Assembly: GCA_946414805.1 (NCBI GenBank)
Contig: CAMKPZ010000002.1
Coordinates: 302,617 to 366,616, forward strand
DNA: 64,000 nt
Source: an uncultured Bacteroidales bacterium
GTDB lineage: Bacteria; Bacteroidota; Bacteroidia; Bacteroidales; Paludibacteraceae
Direction: 5' to 3'
The position numbers were made by a program, and so were the translations under genes. Under the pieces are notes generated by a model that made no database searches, was not told the origin of the DNA, and worked only from the letters and a program-made list of their open reading frames with translations. This document shows, piece after piece, positions 9,789 to 19,284 of the stretch; position 1 is the stretch's first letter, and each line of letters opens with the position of its first letter.

Positions 9789-11512
9789 TGCAATACGATC
9801 TAAAGAAATATTTGCCCACAACCCGTAAAGAGATGGAGCTTCGCGGGTGGGATGAAGTGGATATCGTCTTCTTTTCCGGAGACGCGTATATTGATCATCC
9901 CTCTTTCGGCGCAGCGGTCTTGGGACGCGTGCTGGAGGCGGCAGGCTATAGAGTGGCGATCGTGCCGCAACCGGATTGGCATGGTGACTATCGGGATTTC
10001 AGGAAGTTCGGACGGCCGAGACTCTATTTCGCGGTCTCTGCCGGCTCGATGGACTCGATGGTGAACCACTATACGGCCTCGCGCAGAAGGCGTTCCGACG
10101 ATGCTTACACGCCGGACGGAAGAGCCGGAGCAAGACCCGATTACTGCACCGTGACCTACTGCCGCATCCTCAAACAGTTATATCCCGATGTGCCGGTTAT
10201 CATTGGCGGTATTGAGGCTTCCATGCGACGGCTGACCCATTATGATTACTGGCAGGACAAACTCATGCCCTCTATCTTGGTGGACAGCGGAGCCGATCTG
10301 CTGGTGTATGGAATGGGCGAACAGGCAATGACGGCGGTCTCGGATGTTATGGCGAAGGGCGGATGGACAGAGAAAGAACTCCATTCGATCCCGCAGACGG
10401 CGTATCTGACGGATGATATATCTGCTCTTCCGGAGGATGCTGTCCGCTTGGCGTCGCATGAACAGGCGTTGCGCGACAAACGTGTACATGCAGAGAACTT
10501 CCGCTTGATAGAAATAGAGTCCAATAAGATCCACCAGAAGACGATCATTCAGCCTGTCTCAGACCGCTTTGTGGTGGTCAATCCCTCTTATCTGCCGATC
10601 ACGACGGAGCAGCTGGACGCCATCTACGATCTGCCTTACCAATATACGCCGCACCCGAAATACAAGGATAAACACATCCCTGCATACGAGATGATCAAAT
10701 GGTCAGTCTGCATGCACCGCGGTTGTTTCGGAGGCTGCGCGTTCTGCACGATCTCTGCCCATCAGGGCAAACAGATTGTCTCGCGCTCAAAGGCGTCTAT
10801 CCTCCGTCAGATTGAGCGATTGAGCCGTCTGCCGGATTGGCACGGCGTGATCTCCGATTTGGGCGGACCCTCTGCGAACATGTACGCCATGCATGGTAAG
10901 GACCGCTCTGTCTGTGAGAAATGCGCACGCGCCAGTTGCTTGCAACCCTCTGTCTGCAAGAATCTCAATCGGGACTTTGCGCCGGTCTTGGATATCTACC
11001 GCACGGTAGATAAACTGCCGTATGTCAAGCACGCTTTTGTGGGATCGGGTATCCGCTATGATCTCATGAGCGAGGAGTACGCACGCCAGCTCATCACGCG
11101 CCATGTGTCCGGCAGACTCAAGGTGGCGCCTGAGCATTGCGCAGATAATGTGCTTCAGATCATGCGCAAACCGGCATGGGAGAACTACCTCCGTTTCCGC
11201 GAACTCTTCCTGCGCATCAATGAAGAGGCGGGACTCAAGCAGCAGCTGATCCCCTATTTCATATCTTCCCATCCCGGTTGCACAAAGCGGAACATGGCGC
11301 AGTTGGCGGAGGAGACTAAGAAGATGCATTATCGGCCGGAGCAGGTGCAGGACTTCACCCCGACACCCATGACCCTTTCTACCACGATGTTCTATACCGG
11401 CATCAATCCGTACACGCGCGAAACGGTATATGTAGCGCGTACGCCCGAAGAGAAAAAACAACAAAACCAGTATTTCTTCTGGTATAAACCTGAAAATAAA
11501 TATCGTAAATGA
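9788..11512 (+). CDS. YgiQ-family radical SAM protein
   Basis: N-terminus LPTTRKEMELRGWDEVDIVFFSGDAYIDHPSFG is typical of the YgiQ/UPF0313 family. Radical SAM cluster CFGGCAFC. GTG start overlaps the dnaX stop. Confidence 0.88.
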   Translation: MQYDLKKYLPTTRKEMELRGWDEVDIVFFSGDAYIDHPSFGAAVLGRVLEAAGYRVAIVPQPDWHGDYRDFRKFGRPRLYFAVSAGSMDSMVNHYTASRRRRSDDAYTPDGRAGARPDYCTVTYCRILKQLYPDVPVIIGGIEASMRRLTHYDYWQDKLMPSILVDSGADLLVYGMGEQAMTAVSDVMAKGGWTEKELHSIPQTAYLTDDISALPEDAVRLASHEQALRDKRVHAENFRLIEIESNKIHQKTIIQPVSDRFVVVNPSYLPITTEQLDAIYDLPYQYTPHPKYKDKHIPAYEMIKWSVCMHRGCFGGCAFCTISAHQGKQIVSRSKASILRQIERLSRLPDWHGVISDLGGPSANMYAMHGKDRSVCEKCARASCLQPSVCKNLNRDFAPVLDIYRTVDKLPYVKHAFVGSGIRYDLMSEEYARQLITRHVSGRLKVAPEHCADNVLQIMRKPAWENYLRFRELFLRINEEAGLKQQLIPYFISSHPGCTKRNMAQLAEETKKMHYRPEQVQDFTPTPMTLSTTMFYTGINPYTRETVYVARTPEEKKQQNQYFFWYKPENKYRK

Positions 11513-12489
11513 AATCAACCATTCAAAAAAGGCATTATCGTATAAACCCCGATACCTTGCAGCTTGAGCGTATCGAGCACGGTTTCCGGTATTGGCTACG
11601 CCGTTCCGGAGGTTATATCATCGGAGGTGTATGCTTGGGCGTACTCTTCTTCTATGTGTTCCTCTATTTCTTCCCTTCGCCCCGCGAGGCGTCGCTCATG
11701 CAATATAATCGCAACCTATCGGCTCAGATGGAGGTGCTCGGCAAGCAGGTGGATCAGATGCAAATAATCATGGAGGACCTCTCGCAGCGCGACGATAACC
11801 TGTATCGGGCTATACTTGGCGCTGAGCCTATTCCTCTCAGTGCACGGATGGGGGCAACCCGGCAGGTCTCTTATTACGACTCACTGGCGCGCATGACCAA
11901 TACCCAACTGGCGGCGGATCTCCAGCGCAAGGTGGATGTGCTGGAGAAAGAGGTGTATGTTCAGGCCCGTTCTTATGACGAGATCCTCGCGCTTGCTAAG
12001 AACCAGGAGATTCGTATGGAGAATATACCGGCTATCCAGCCTGTTCTCAATAAGGATCTCAAGCGAATGGCTTCCGGCTATGGATGGCGTGTCGATCCTG
12101 TCTATCATGTCCGTCGCTTCCATGAGGGAATGGATTTCTCGGCACCGGTAGGTACGGACATCTTCGCTACCGGCAATGGGGTGGTTGTCTATTCCGGATG
12201 GCGTCAGGGCTATGGAGAAACGGTGGAGGTGGATCATGGCTTCAATTATACAACCCGTTATGCTCATTGCTCCAAGCGTCTTGTTCGGGTGGGGCAGAAG
12301 GTGAAACGCGGAGATGTGATTGCGCTCGTCGGCAATACTGGTAAATCCACAGGACCTCATTTGCATTATGAGGTGCATTATCTGGGACGGCCGATTGATC
12401 CGCGTAATTTCTATTTCTATGACCTCAGTCCGGAGGATTACGACAAGATGGTGCAACTGTCCTCGAATATGGGTACAATGATGGATTGA
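11509..12489 (+). CDS. M23-family metallopeptidase (membrane anchored)
   Basis: N-terminal TM helix. HEGMDF (HxxxD) and GPHLHYEV (HxH) zinc motifs of LytM/M23 peptidases. Confidence 0.85.
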   Translation: MKSTIQKRHYRINPDTLQLERIEHGFRYWLRRSGGYIIGGVCLGVLFFYVFLYFFPSPREASLMQYNRNLSAQMEVLGKQVDQMQIIMEDLSQRDDNLYRAILGAEPIPLSARMGATRQVSYYDSLARMTNTQLAADLQRKVDVLEKEVYVQARSYDEILALAKNQEIRMENIPAIQPVLNKDLKRMASGYGWRVDPVYHVRRFHEGMDFSAPVGTDIFATGNGVVVYSGWRQGYGETVEVDHGFNYTTRYAHCSKRLVRVGQKVKRGDVIALVGNTGKSTGPHLHYEVHYLGRPIDPRNFYFYDLSPEDYDKMVQLSSNMGTMMD

Positions 12490-12490
12490 T

Positions 12491-12528
12491 AAAAAATATC
12501 GCGGCTCATCCGAGTCGCGATATTTTTT
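12491..12528. terminator. bidirectional terminator between convergent M23 peptidase and Crp-family genes
   Basis: AAAAAATATCGCG…CGCGATATTTTTT: 8-bp GC-containing stem extended by an A-run/T-run and an inner CTC/GAG pairing. Overlaps the last codons of the Crp-family gene. Confidence 0.65.
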
Positions 12529-13204
12529 CTAATTCTTTTTGGTCTAATATCTGTATGTGCCGTCCGTTGATATTCACCAGACCCTCTTGGGCAAACTGGC
12601 TGAGAGTTCTGATGGCGTTGCTGGTAGTCATATTGCTCATGTTCGCTAAATCCTCACGGGGAAGAAGCATGGCTAAGGTATGGCCGTCTTCCTCGAATCC
12701 GTAGTTTTTGAGCAGTAGCAGCAGACTCTCTGCCAGACGGCCGCGGATGTGTTTTTGAGTCAGGTTTACCGTTTGTATCTCCGAGAAAGCCAAATCTTTT
12801 GCCATCATCATCATTACTTGGTAGCATAGTGCGCCGTTCGATTGAACCAGATGATTGAAATGCTCCCGGTCCAGACGATAGACTACGCTGGTCTCAAAGG
12901 CGCTGGCGCTGGAGTTATAGGCTTCTTCGGCAATGCAGGCGCGGTAGCCGAAAATATCGTTCGGCTTGAGCAGACGGATAATCTGCTGGCGTTGACCTAT
13001 TCCTTCTTTGTAGATACGTACCTTGCCGCTTAGCAGCATCCATGTGTAGCGCGATTCCTCGCCGTCTTGGTGAATGATCTCGTTTTTCTTGTAATGAACG
13101 AGTTCCGATTCCCGGGCAAGCATCTGGCGCTCTTCTTCGGTCAAGGTGTTCCATAGCGGGTTGAGTTCCCACATGGGGGCAAATGTTTCTTCTTGTAATT
13201 CCAT
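12506..13204 (-). CDS. Crp/Fnr-family transcriptional regulator
   Basis: cNMP-binding-like N-terminal domain and C-terminal HTH (…TTSNAIRTLSQFAQEGLV…). Length 232 aa. Confidence 0.82.
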   Translation of the reverse strand: MELQEETFAPMWELNPLWNTLTEEERQMLARESELVHYKKNEIIHQDGEESRYTWMLLSGKVRIYKEGIGQRQQIIRLLKPNDIFGYRACIAEEAYNSSASAFETSVVYRLDREHFNHLVQSNGALCYQVMMMMAKDLAFSEIQTVNLTQKHIRGRLAESLLLLLKNYGFEEDGHTLAMLLPREDLANMSNMTTSNAIRTLSQFAQEGLVNINGRHIQILDQKELEKISRLG

Positions 13205-13220
13205 GAGTTATTATTGTATA

Positions 13221-14009
13221 TTATGAGATTTCTTTTCTCAATTGCATCATCCGCCATTCATTGGCTTCATGCTTGGCGATCAGGTGCAGCCCTTGTTCCT
13301 CTGCGGCGGCTTGCAGTGCCTTGCAGTCGGTCTCGTAGAAACCGCTTAACCATAGTTCTCCTCCGTTCGCGAGATGTGCTGCATATTGCTGCATATGCGC
13401 CAGCAGTATGTTTCGATGGATATTGGCTACGATCAGATCGTAGTGGTCTGTCTGTCCTTTTTCGGGAATCAGCGGTGCTTCTCCTTGAAGAACCGTGATC
13501 TCCTCCCCGTTGAGTCGGGCGTTCTCCGTTGCGTTCGCTACGCTCTTCTCGTCGATATCTATTGCTACAACACGGGCGGCTCCCATACGTTTGGCGAAGA
13601 TGGCTAACACGCCGGTGCCGGTGCCGTGGTCGAAGACATTCTTTCCCCGGAGATCCGCTTTCATTAGGGCATCAATCATCATCGAGGTGGTCTCGTGATG
13701 GCCTGCTCCGAAAGCGCAATGGGGGATGATCCGGATGCCCATAGGCAGTTCCTGTATCGGGTGTTCCGCTTCCCATGCAGCATTCCAGTTCTCGTCCGGA
13801 CAAGCCTCTGCGCCGGTTATCTCTACGCCTTCTGTGGAAGCGCATAAGGTTTCTATCTCATTGCGATGAGATTCCCATTCGCTGCTCGGGATATAGGCGT
13901 CCTCTCCGTCGAGCGTGTCAAAACCGGCGTCGAAAAGTTGCTGCTCAAAGATATCCCGCTGCCAGTCCTCGGCAAAACGGGTCTTAATATGTACTACATG
14001 ATAACGCAT
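13221..14009 (-). CDS. prmA: ribosomal protein L11 methyltransferase
   Basis: SAM-binding motif DHGTGTGVLAIFAKRMGA, and a C-terminal half typical of PrmA (…LIVANI…). Confidence 0.78.
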   Translation of the reverse strand: MRYHVVHIKTRFAEDWQRDIFEQQLFDAGFDTLDGEDAYIPSSEWESHRNEIETLCASTEGVEITGAEACPDENWNAAWEAEHPIQELPMGIRIIPHCAFGAGHHETTSMMIDALMKADLRGKNVFDHGTGTGVLAIFAKRMGAARVVAIDIDEKSVANATENARLNGEEITVLQGEAPLIPEKGQTDHYDLIVANIHRNILLAHMQQYAAHLANGGELWLSGFYETDCKALQAAAEEQGLHLIAKHEANEWRMMQLRKEIS

Positions 14010-15294
14010 TGCCTACTAAATAATTACTGCCTCCTATAAAGATGGCATCTTCTTCTCCTGCTTGTTCCTTTGCGTGTCGGATGGCTTCCTCCGGATCGTT
14101 AATCGCTGTGCGGTCACTTCCTGCGTGGGGTTGCGGATGGGCGTTCTCCCATATCCGAAGCATCTCTTCTGCGCTCCGTGCCCGCAGGGTACGCGGCGTG
14201 GTGAAGATATAATGGTATCGTTCGCCTTCGGGCATCATGCGTGCTACAACCTCGGAGTCTTTGTCATTCACCATCCCGAAGACAATCCATATATGCGGGT
14301 TGCTCAGTTCTTTCAGCTGGCGGGCTACGTACTGCAGGCCATGGCTGTTATGGCCGGTGTCGCAGATCGTGAGCGGTTTCTCGCTCAGTATCTCCCATCT
14401 GCCTCGCAGCCCCGTCATCGAACACACATGTGCAAATCCCTCTCTGATGGCTGATGGCTGAATGCGGAGGGCGCTGTAATTTCTCAATACCTGCAGCGCT
14501 ACATATGCCGTCTGCAGGTTGTGTTCCTGATAGAGACCCTTCAACTCGCTCTCCGGTGCTTCTCGCATCCGGCGGCTGCGCATGTATCCGCACTGGTCGG
14601 CAAACCATATACGGCATTCGGTTGTCTCTAATCCTTCGCCTAAGATGCCGCATTCTGCCGCGCGGTCGAGAAACACGTTCATCGTTTGCGGATGACTTTC
14701 TCCGATGACACACGGCACGCCGGGTTTGATAATACCTGCTTTCTCACGGGCGATCTTCGTTAAGGTGTTGCCTAAAAACTCGGTATGGTCCATCCCTATA
14801 TTCGTGATCACTGATAGGATAGGGGAGAGCACGTTGGTGCTGTCCAGCCTTCCGCCAAGACCTACTTCCACCACCGCTATATCTACTTCCTGCTCTACGA
14901 AATAAGCGAAAGCCATTGCGGTCATGGTCTCGAAGAACGACGGCTGTAGCTCATCGAGGAAAGCCCTGTTGGTCTCGATAAATGCGGCCACTCGCTCCTC
15001 TGCAATCGGTTGGCCGTTGATCCGGATCCGCTCGGTCATACTCACCAGATGCGGACTCGTGAAGAGCCCTACCTTGAGTCCGGAGGCTTGCAGCGCAGCG
15101 GCAATCAGATGACTGGTAGAGCCTTTACCGTTGGTGCCGGCTACGTGTACCGCGCGAAGCCGTTCATGCGGATTGCCTACATGCGCCATCAACCGGTAGG
15201 TGTTCTCCAACCCCGGTTTATACGCCGCCGCACCCACCATATGGAAGGGTGGGCGGGAACTGTATAGATATGTCACTGCTTCCTCGTAACTCAT
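13984..15294 (-). CDS. folC: bifunctional folylpolyglutamate synthase / dihydrofolate synthase
   Basis: Mur-ligase P-loop VAGTNGKGST. Typical FolC N-terminus (YEEAVTYLY…). ATG at 15294; the ORF-track start at 15297 is a TTG one codon upstream, inside a heptamer repeat. Confidence 0.9.
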   Translation of the reverse strand: MSYEEAVTYLYSSRPPFHMVGAAAYKPGLENTYRLMAHVGNPHERLRAVHVAGTNGKGSTSHLIAAALQASGLKVGLFTSPHLVSMTERIRINGQPIAEERVAAFIETNRAFLDELQPSFFETMTAMAFAYFVEQEVDIAVVEVGLGGRLDSTNVLSPILSVITNIGMDHTEFLGNTLTKIAREKAGIIKPGVPCVIGESHPQTMNVFLDRAAECGILGEGLETTECRIWFADQCGYMRSRRMREAPESELKGLYQEHNLQTAYVALQVLRNYSALRIQPSAIREGFAHVCSMTGLRGRWEILSEKPLTICDTGHNSHGLQYVARQLKELSNPHIWIVFGMVNDKDSEVVARMMPEGERYHYIFTTPRTLRARSAEEMLRIWENAHPQPHAGSDRTAINDPEEAIRHAKEQAGEEDAIFIGGSNYLVGNALSCSTY

Positions 15295-15364
15295 CAATCA
15301 CCAATTACTAATCACCAGTTACCAATCACCAATTACTAATCACCAATTACCAGTTACCAATCAA
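15295..15364. repeat. heptamer tandem array x10 (CAATCAC/CAATTAC/TAATCAC/CAGTTAC)
   Basis: Read directly. Fills the whole dnaE-folC spacer and overlaps the dnaE stop (15361-15363); folC ATG (15292-15294) directly abuts the array (TTG at 15295-15297 is inside). Confidence 0.95.
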
Positions 15365-18300
15365 CTCCTCTCTACATTATTGAAATCCAGCACTCCTTCA
15401 GACCGTTTCATCGTCAGCCATTTGTAGAAAGCCGGTGTTACATGTATCGGCAGCGAACGGCTGGTGAGTGCCACTTGGTGCCGTGTCATGGGGTTGACAA
15501 GCGTCACATGAAGCCGTCCCTGTCCGGGGTTCGCTTTGATCCGGTCGGATAACTCATCGATTAACTCCGGTGTCACTGCGTTTAACGCTAATCGCACATT
15601 GAGCCCCTCTGTGCGCTTGTCTTGGGTCTCGTTGAGCATCTCTACGTGCTGGACGACGAACTCAAACTCCGCCTCTTCGTCCTTTGCTTCCTTGAACCAT
15701 TTCATGCCGGCGTTTTTCTGTTGTACTACGCCGGAGATAAGAATATACAGATCCTTCAGCAGCAGATGGCCGTACTGGTTGTACGCGTTGCCGAAGAGTG
15801 CAAACTCGTAACTGCCGGTATAGTCCTCTATCGTGTATCGGCCGTAAGGGTTGCCCTTCTGGCTGATCCGTTGTTCCGCCGAGGTGATCAGTCCGCCGAG
15901 TAGGCAGGCTTGGTTCTTATGCGCCGTGATGAACTCCGAAGGGATGACCGGTTGTTCTTCGCTATCTCCGCTGTTCTCCGCCATCTCTACGCGGATGCGT
16001 TTTTCGGCTTCTTGCCGTTCCTCCGGTCGACGCCATTTGTCGAACTGCGCCAGCTCCCCGGCAGTCACGTTGCATAGTTCGCGGATCTCGTATTCGTATT
16101 CGTCTAACGGGTGGGCGGAGAGATAGATCCCGATCAGGTCTTTCTCCTTATTGAGCCGCTCGATCGTGTCCCAGCGGGCTACTTGAGGCAGCTCCGGATG
16201 CTTGATCTCAATGGCATCACTCAGATCTCCGAAGAGCGAATTGCTGTTCTGCACCTTGTCCGCCTGCCATTTATTGCCGTAGTTCATCAGCAGATCCAGA
16301 CCGGTGGTTCCGCTCTCGTCTTCGCCGAAGAACTGCTCACGGTAGATGTCTTCGAAGCACTCGAATGCACCTGCCTGCGCCAGATTCTCTATCGTCTTGC
16401 GATTGCAGGACTGCAGGTTCACGCGCTCCAGAAAATCGAAGATACCGTTGTATTTGCCGTTCTTCTCACGCTCGGAGATGATCGCCTCTGCCGCTCCTTC
16501 GCCTACACCTTTGATGCCTCCCAGACCGAAACGGATAGCGCCCTTGCTGTTGACCGTGAAGGATAACTCGGACTCATTCACATCCGGTTCCAGCACGCTC
16601 AGACCAAGCGCCTTGCATTCGTCCATCAGTTTGGTTACCTCTTTGATATCATCCTTGTGTACGGTGAGATTGGCGGCCATGAATTCAGCCGGATAGTGCG
16701 CCTTCAGGTATCCCGTCTGGTAGGCTACCCAGGAGTAGCACGCCGCGTGCGATTTGTTGAAGGCGTAGGAGGCGAACTTCTCCCAGTCTTTCCATATCTT
16801 GTCCAGTATCTTCTCGTCGTGTCCGTTAGCGCGGCCGCCGTCCATGAATTTGCCTTTGAGCGCTTGCAGCACATCCATCTGTTTCTTGCCCATCGCCTTA
16901 CGGAGTTTGTCGCTCTCGCCGCGGGTGAAGTTAGCCAGCAGGCGGCTCAGAAGCATCACCTGCTCTTGGTAAACCGTCACGCCGTACGTGTCCTTGAGGT
17001 ATTTTTCCATCACAGGAATGTCGTACGTAACCGGCTCGACTCCTTGCTTGCGCTTGATGAACTGCGGAATATAATCCATCGGTCCCGGACGGTACAACGC
17101 GTTCATGGCGATCAGGTCGCCGATCACAGTCGGTTGTAACTCGCGCAGGTATTTCTGCATTCCTGCCGACTCGAATTGGAAGACTGCAACCGTACGGCCT
17201 TCTTGGAAAAGCTTGTAGGTCTGCTCGTCGTCGATTGGGATATGATCGATATCCACATCAATGCCTTGCGCCTTTTTGATATTACGCAGACATTCCTTGA
17301 TAATCGTCAGGGTAATAAGGCCGAGGAAGTCCATCTTGATCAGTCCTACGGACTCTACCACATGCCCGTCGTATTCGGTCACGAGTACGCGTTTCTTGCT
17401 GTTCTTGTCCTCTACGGAACTCAGCGGCGCGAAGTTCGTCAGGTCGTCCGCTCCGATGATCACGCCGCAGGCGTGTACGCCTACCTGGCGGATCGTTCCC
17501 TCTAATCGTGCGGCATATTGTAGCATCGAGCGGGTGTTCGGATCGCCGGTCTCGTATTCGCGCTTCAGTTCGTCTATATATTTATAGCAGTTCTTCAGGT
17601 TTACCTTCGGCTTTTTGCCTTTGGCGTCTTTGCCTACGCTGTCCGGGAACTCGCGATCGGGAATAAGGGCTTTCAGTTCGTTCACCCTCGGCAGCGGCAC
17701 TTGCTGCACACGCCCTACATCCGCTAAAGCGGATTTGGTTGCCATCTTGCCGTAGGTCACGATGTGTGCCACGTGCGTCTCGCCGTATTTGCGGCTCACG
17801 TAGTCCAGCACTTTGCCGCGCCCGCAATCCTCGAAGTCGGTATCGATATCCGGCAGCGATATACGGTCGGGGTTCAGGAATCGTTCGAACAGCAAGTCGT
17901 ATTTCAGCGGATCCAGATCCGTGATCTTCAGACAGTAGGCTACTACGCTTCCGGCGGCGGAACCACGCCCGGGACCTACACTCACATCCAGTTCTTCGCG
18001 TGCCGCACGGATGAAATCCATCACGATCAGGAAGTAGCCTGGGAAACCCATTGTAATGATCGTGTTGAGCTCAAACTCGATTCGCTCTTTCAGCACCTCG
18101 TCGTTCTCTAACCGCTCTTGTCCGTAACGCTCCAATGCTCCTTCCATGGTCAGGTGGCGCAGATAGGCGGACTCGAATGCCAGACGGTCCGGATAATCCT
18201 CCTCTTTGCCGAAGGAAGCAGGGATGTCGAATTTCGGCATGATCGGTCCATGGTCAATGTCGTACAGCTCGATCTTGTCTACGATCTCTTGGGTGTTTGC

Positions 18301-19278
18301 TATCGCCTCGGGAATATCGCTGAAGATAGCCTCCATTTCCTGCGGCGTCTTGAGCCATTCCTGCTTGGTGTAATGCATGCGGTTGATGTCATTCACATAA
18401 TGGTTGGTGCTCAGGCAGATCAGCCGGTCGTGCGCCTCCGCGTCTTCTTCGTTCACGAAATGGCTGTCGTTGGTTGCAATCAGTTTTACGCCGTATTTAT
18501 GCGCCAGCTCGATCAGCACGGGGTTCACTTGTTTCTGCCGCTCATATACCTCCACATCGCCGCCGGGCTTCTGGGTCTCATGGCGTTGCAGCTCGATGTA
18601 ATAATCATCCCCGAAGAGGTTCTTGAACCATTTGACGGTCTCCTCCGCCTCTTTAAACACCCCTTGCTCAATGAGTTGGAGGACTTGGTCTTTGAGCGGC
18701 TCTGCCGCATCCTTTCGATTTTCGACTTTGAGCGAAGCGCTCTGTAATCCATCCAATATCTTTTGGGGCAACTCGCCGCCGAGGCATGCCGACGAACAGA
18801 TGATACCTTCGTGGTATTTCTCTAACAGCTCTTTGTCGATTCGCGGTGTGTGGTAAAACGCATCCGTCATGTATCCTGCCGACACGATCCGGCACAGGTT
18901 GTGGTAGCCCGCCATGTTCTTTGCCAGAAGGATCAAGTGCCAGCCCGAGCGGTCGATGACATAGGTGCGTCCTTCGCCGTTCACGGCTTTGTCCTCCCGT
19001 TTGGAGAGGCGGCCGCGCCGTGCGCAGTACGACTCGGTGCCTACGATCGGCTTGAAGGGAACGAACGCTGTTCCGTTCGCTTCGGCTTCTGCCTTGCGTG
19101 CTTTGTTGATCTTCTTGCAATAGTCTAACAGATCCTTGATACCGTACATGTTTCCGTGGTCGGTCAGCGCCACGGAAGTCATGCCGGTAGCAATACATTT
19201 ATCTACTATCTCCTCTACCTTCGACAAGCCGTCGAGTAGCGAATAGTGGGAGTGTACATGTAGATGCGTGAAACTCAT
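15361..19278 (-). CDS. dnaE: DNA polymerase III subunit alpha
   Basis: PHP motif FTHLHVHSHYSLLDG. 1305 aa with DnaE-like sequence throughout. Confidence 0.97.
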   Translation of the reverse strand: MSFTHLHVHSHYSLLDGLSKVEEIVDKCIATGMTSVALTDHGNMYGIKDLLDYCKKINKARKAEAEANGTAFVPFKPIVGTESYCARRGRLSKREDKAVNGEGRTYVIDRSGWHLILLAKNMAGYHNLCRIVSAGYMTDAFYHTPRIDKELLEKYHEGIICSSACLGGELPQKILDGLQSASLKVENRKDAAEPLKDQVLQLIEQGVFKEAEETVKWFKNLFGDDYYIELQRHETQKPGGDVEVYERQKQVNPVLIELAHKYGVKLIATNDSHFVNEEDAEAHDRLICLSTNHYVNDINRMHYTKQEWLKTPQEMEAIFSDIPEAIANTQEIVDKIELYDIDHGPIMPKFDIPASFGKEEDYPDRLAFESAYLRHLTMEGALERYGQERLENDEVLKERIEFELNTIITMGFPGYFLIVMDFIRAAREELDVSVGPGRGSAAGSVVAYCLKITDLDPLKYDLLFERFLNPDRISLPDIDTDFEDCGRGKVLDYVSRKYGETHVAHIVTYGKMATKSALADVGRVQQVPLPRVNELKALIPDREFPDSVGKDAKGKKPKVNLKNCYKYIDELKREYETGDPNTRSMLQYAARLEGTIRQVGVHACGVIIGADDLTNFAPLSSVEDKNSKKRVLVTEYDGHVVESVGLIKMDFLGLITLTIIKECLRNIKKAQGIDVDIDHIPIDDEQTYKLFQEGRTVAVFQFESAGMQKYLRELQPTVIGDLIAMNALYRPGPMDYIPQFIKRKQGVEPVTYDIPVMEKYLKDTYGVTVYQEQVMLLSRLLANFTRGESDKLRKAMGKKQMDVLQALKGKFMDGGRANGHDEKILDKIWKDWEKFASYAFNKSHAACYSWVAYQTGYLKAHYPAEFMAANLTVHKDDIKEVTKLMDECKALGLSVLEPDVNESELSFTVNSKGAIRFGLGGIKGVGEGAAEAIISEREKNGKYNGIFDFLERVNLQSCNRKTIENLAQAGAFECFEDIYREQFFGEDESGTTGLDLLMNYGNKWQADKVQNSNSLFGDLSDAIEIKHPELPQVARWDTIERLNKEKDLIGIYLSAHPLDEYEYEIRELCNVTAGELAQFDKWRRPEERQEAEKRIRVEMAENSGDSEEQPVIPSEFITAHKNQACLLGGLITSAEQRISQKGNPYGRYTIEDYTGSYEFALFGNAYNQYGHLLLKDLYILISGVVQQKNAGMKWFKEAKDEEAEFEFVVQHVEMLNETQDKRTEGLNVRLALNAVTPELIDELSDRIKANPGQGRLHVTLVNPMTRHQVALTSRSLPIHVTPAFYKWLTMKRSEGVLDFNNVERS
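18690..18745. repeat. in-frame copy of the CTTTCGA/GCGAAGC repeat element inside dnaE
   Basis: 18690-18709 matches 24005-24024 at 19 of 20 positions. 18712-18739 matches 22149-22176 at 27 of 28 positions. Encodes QSASLKVENRKDAAEPLKD. Confidence 0.85.
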
Positions 19279-19284
19279 AATGGA

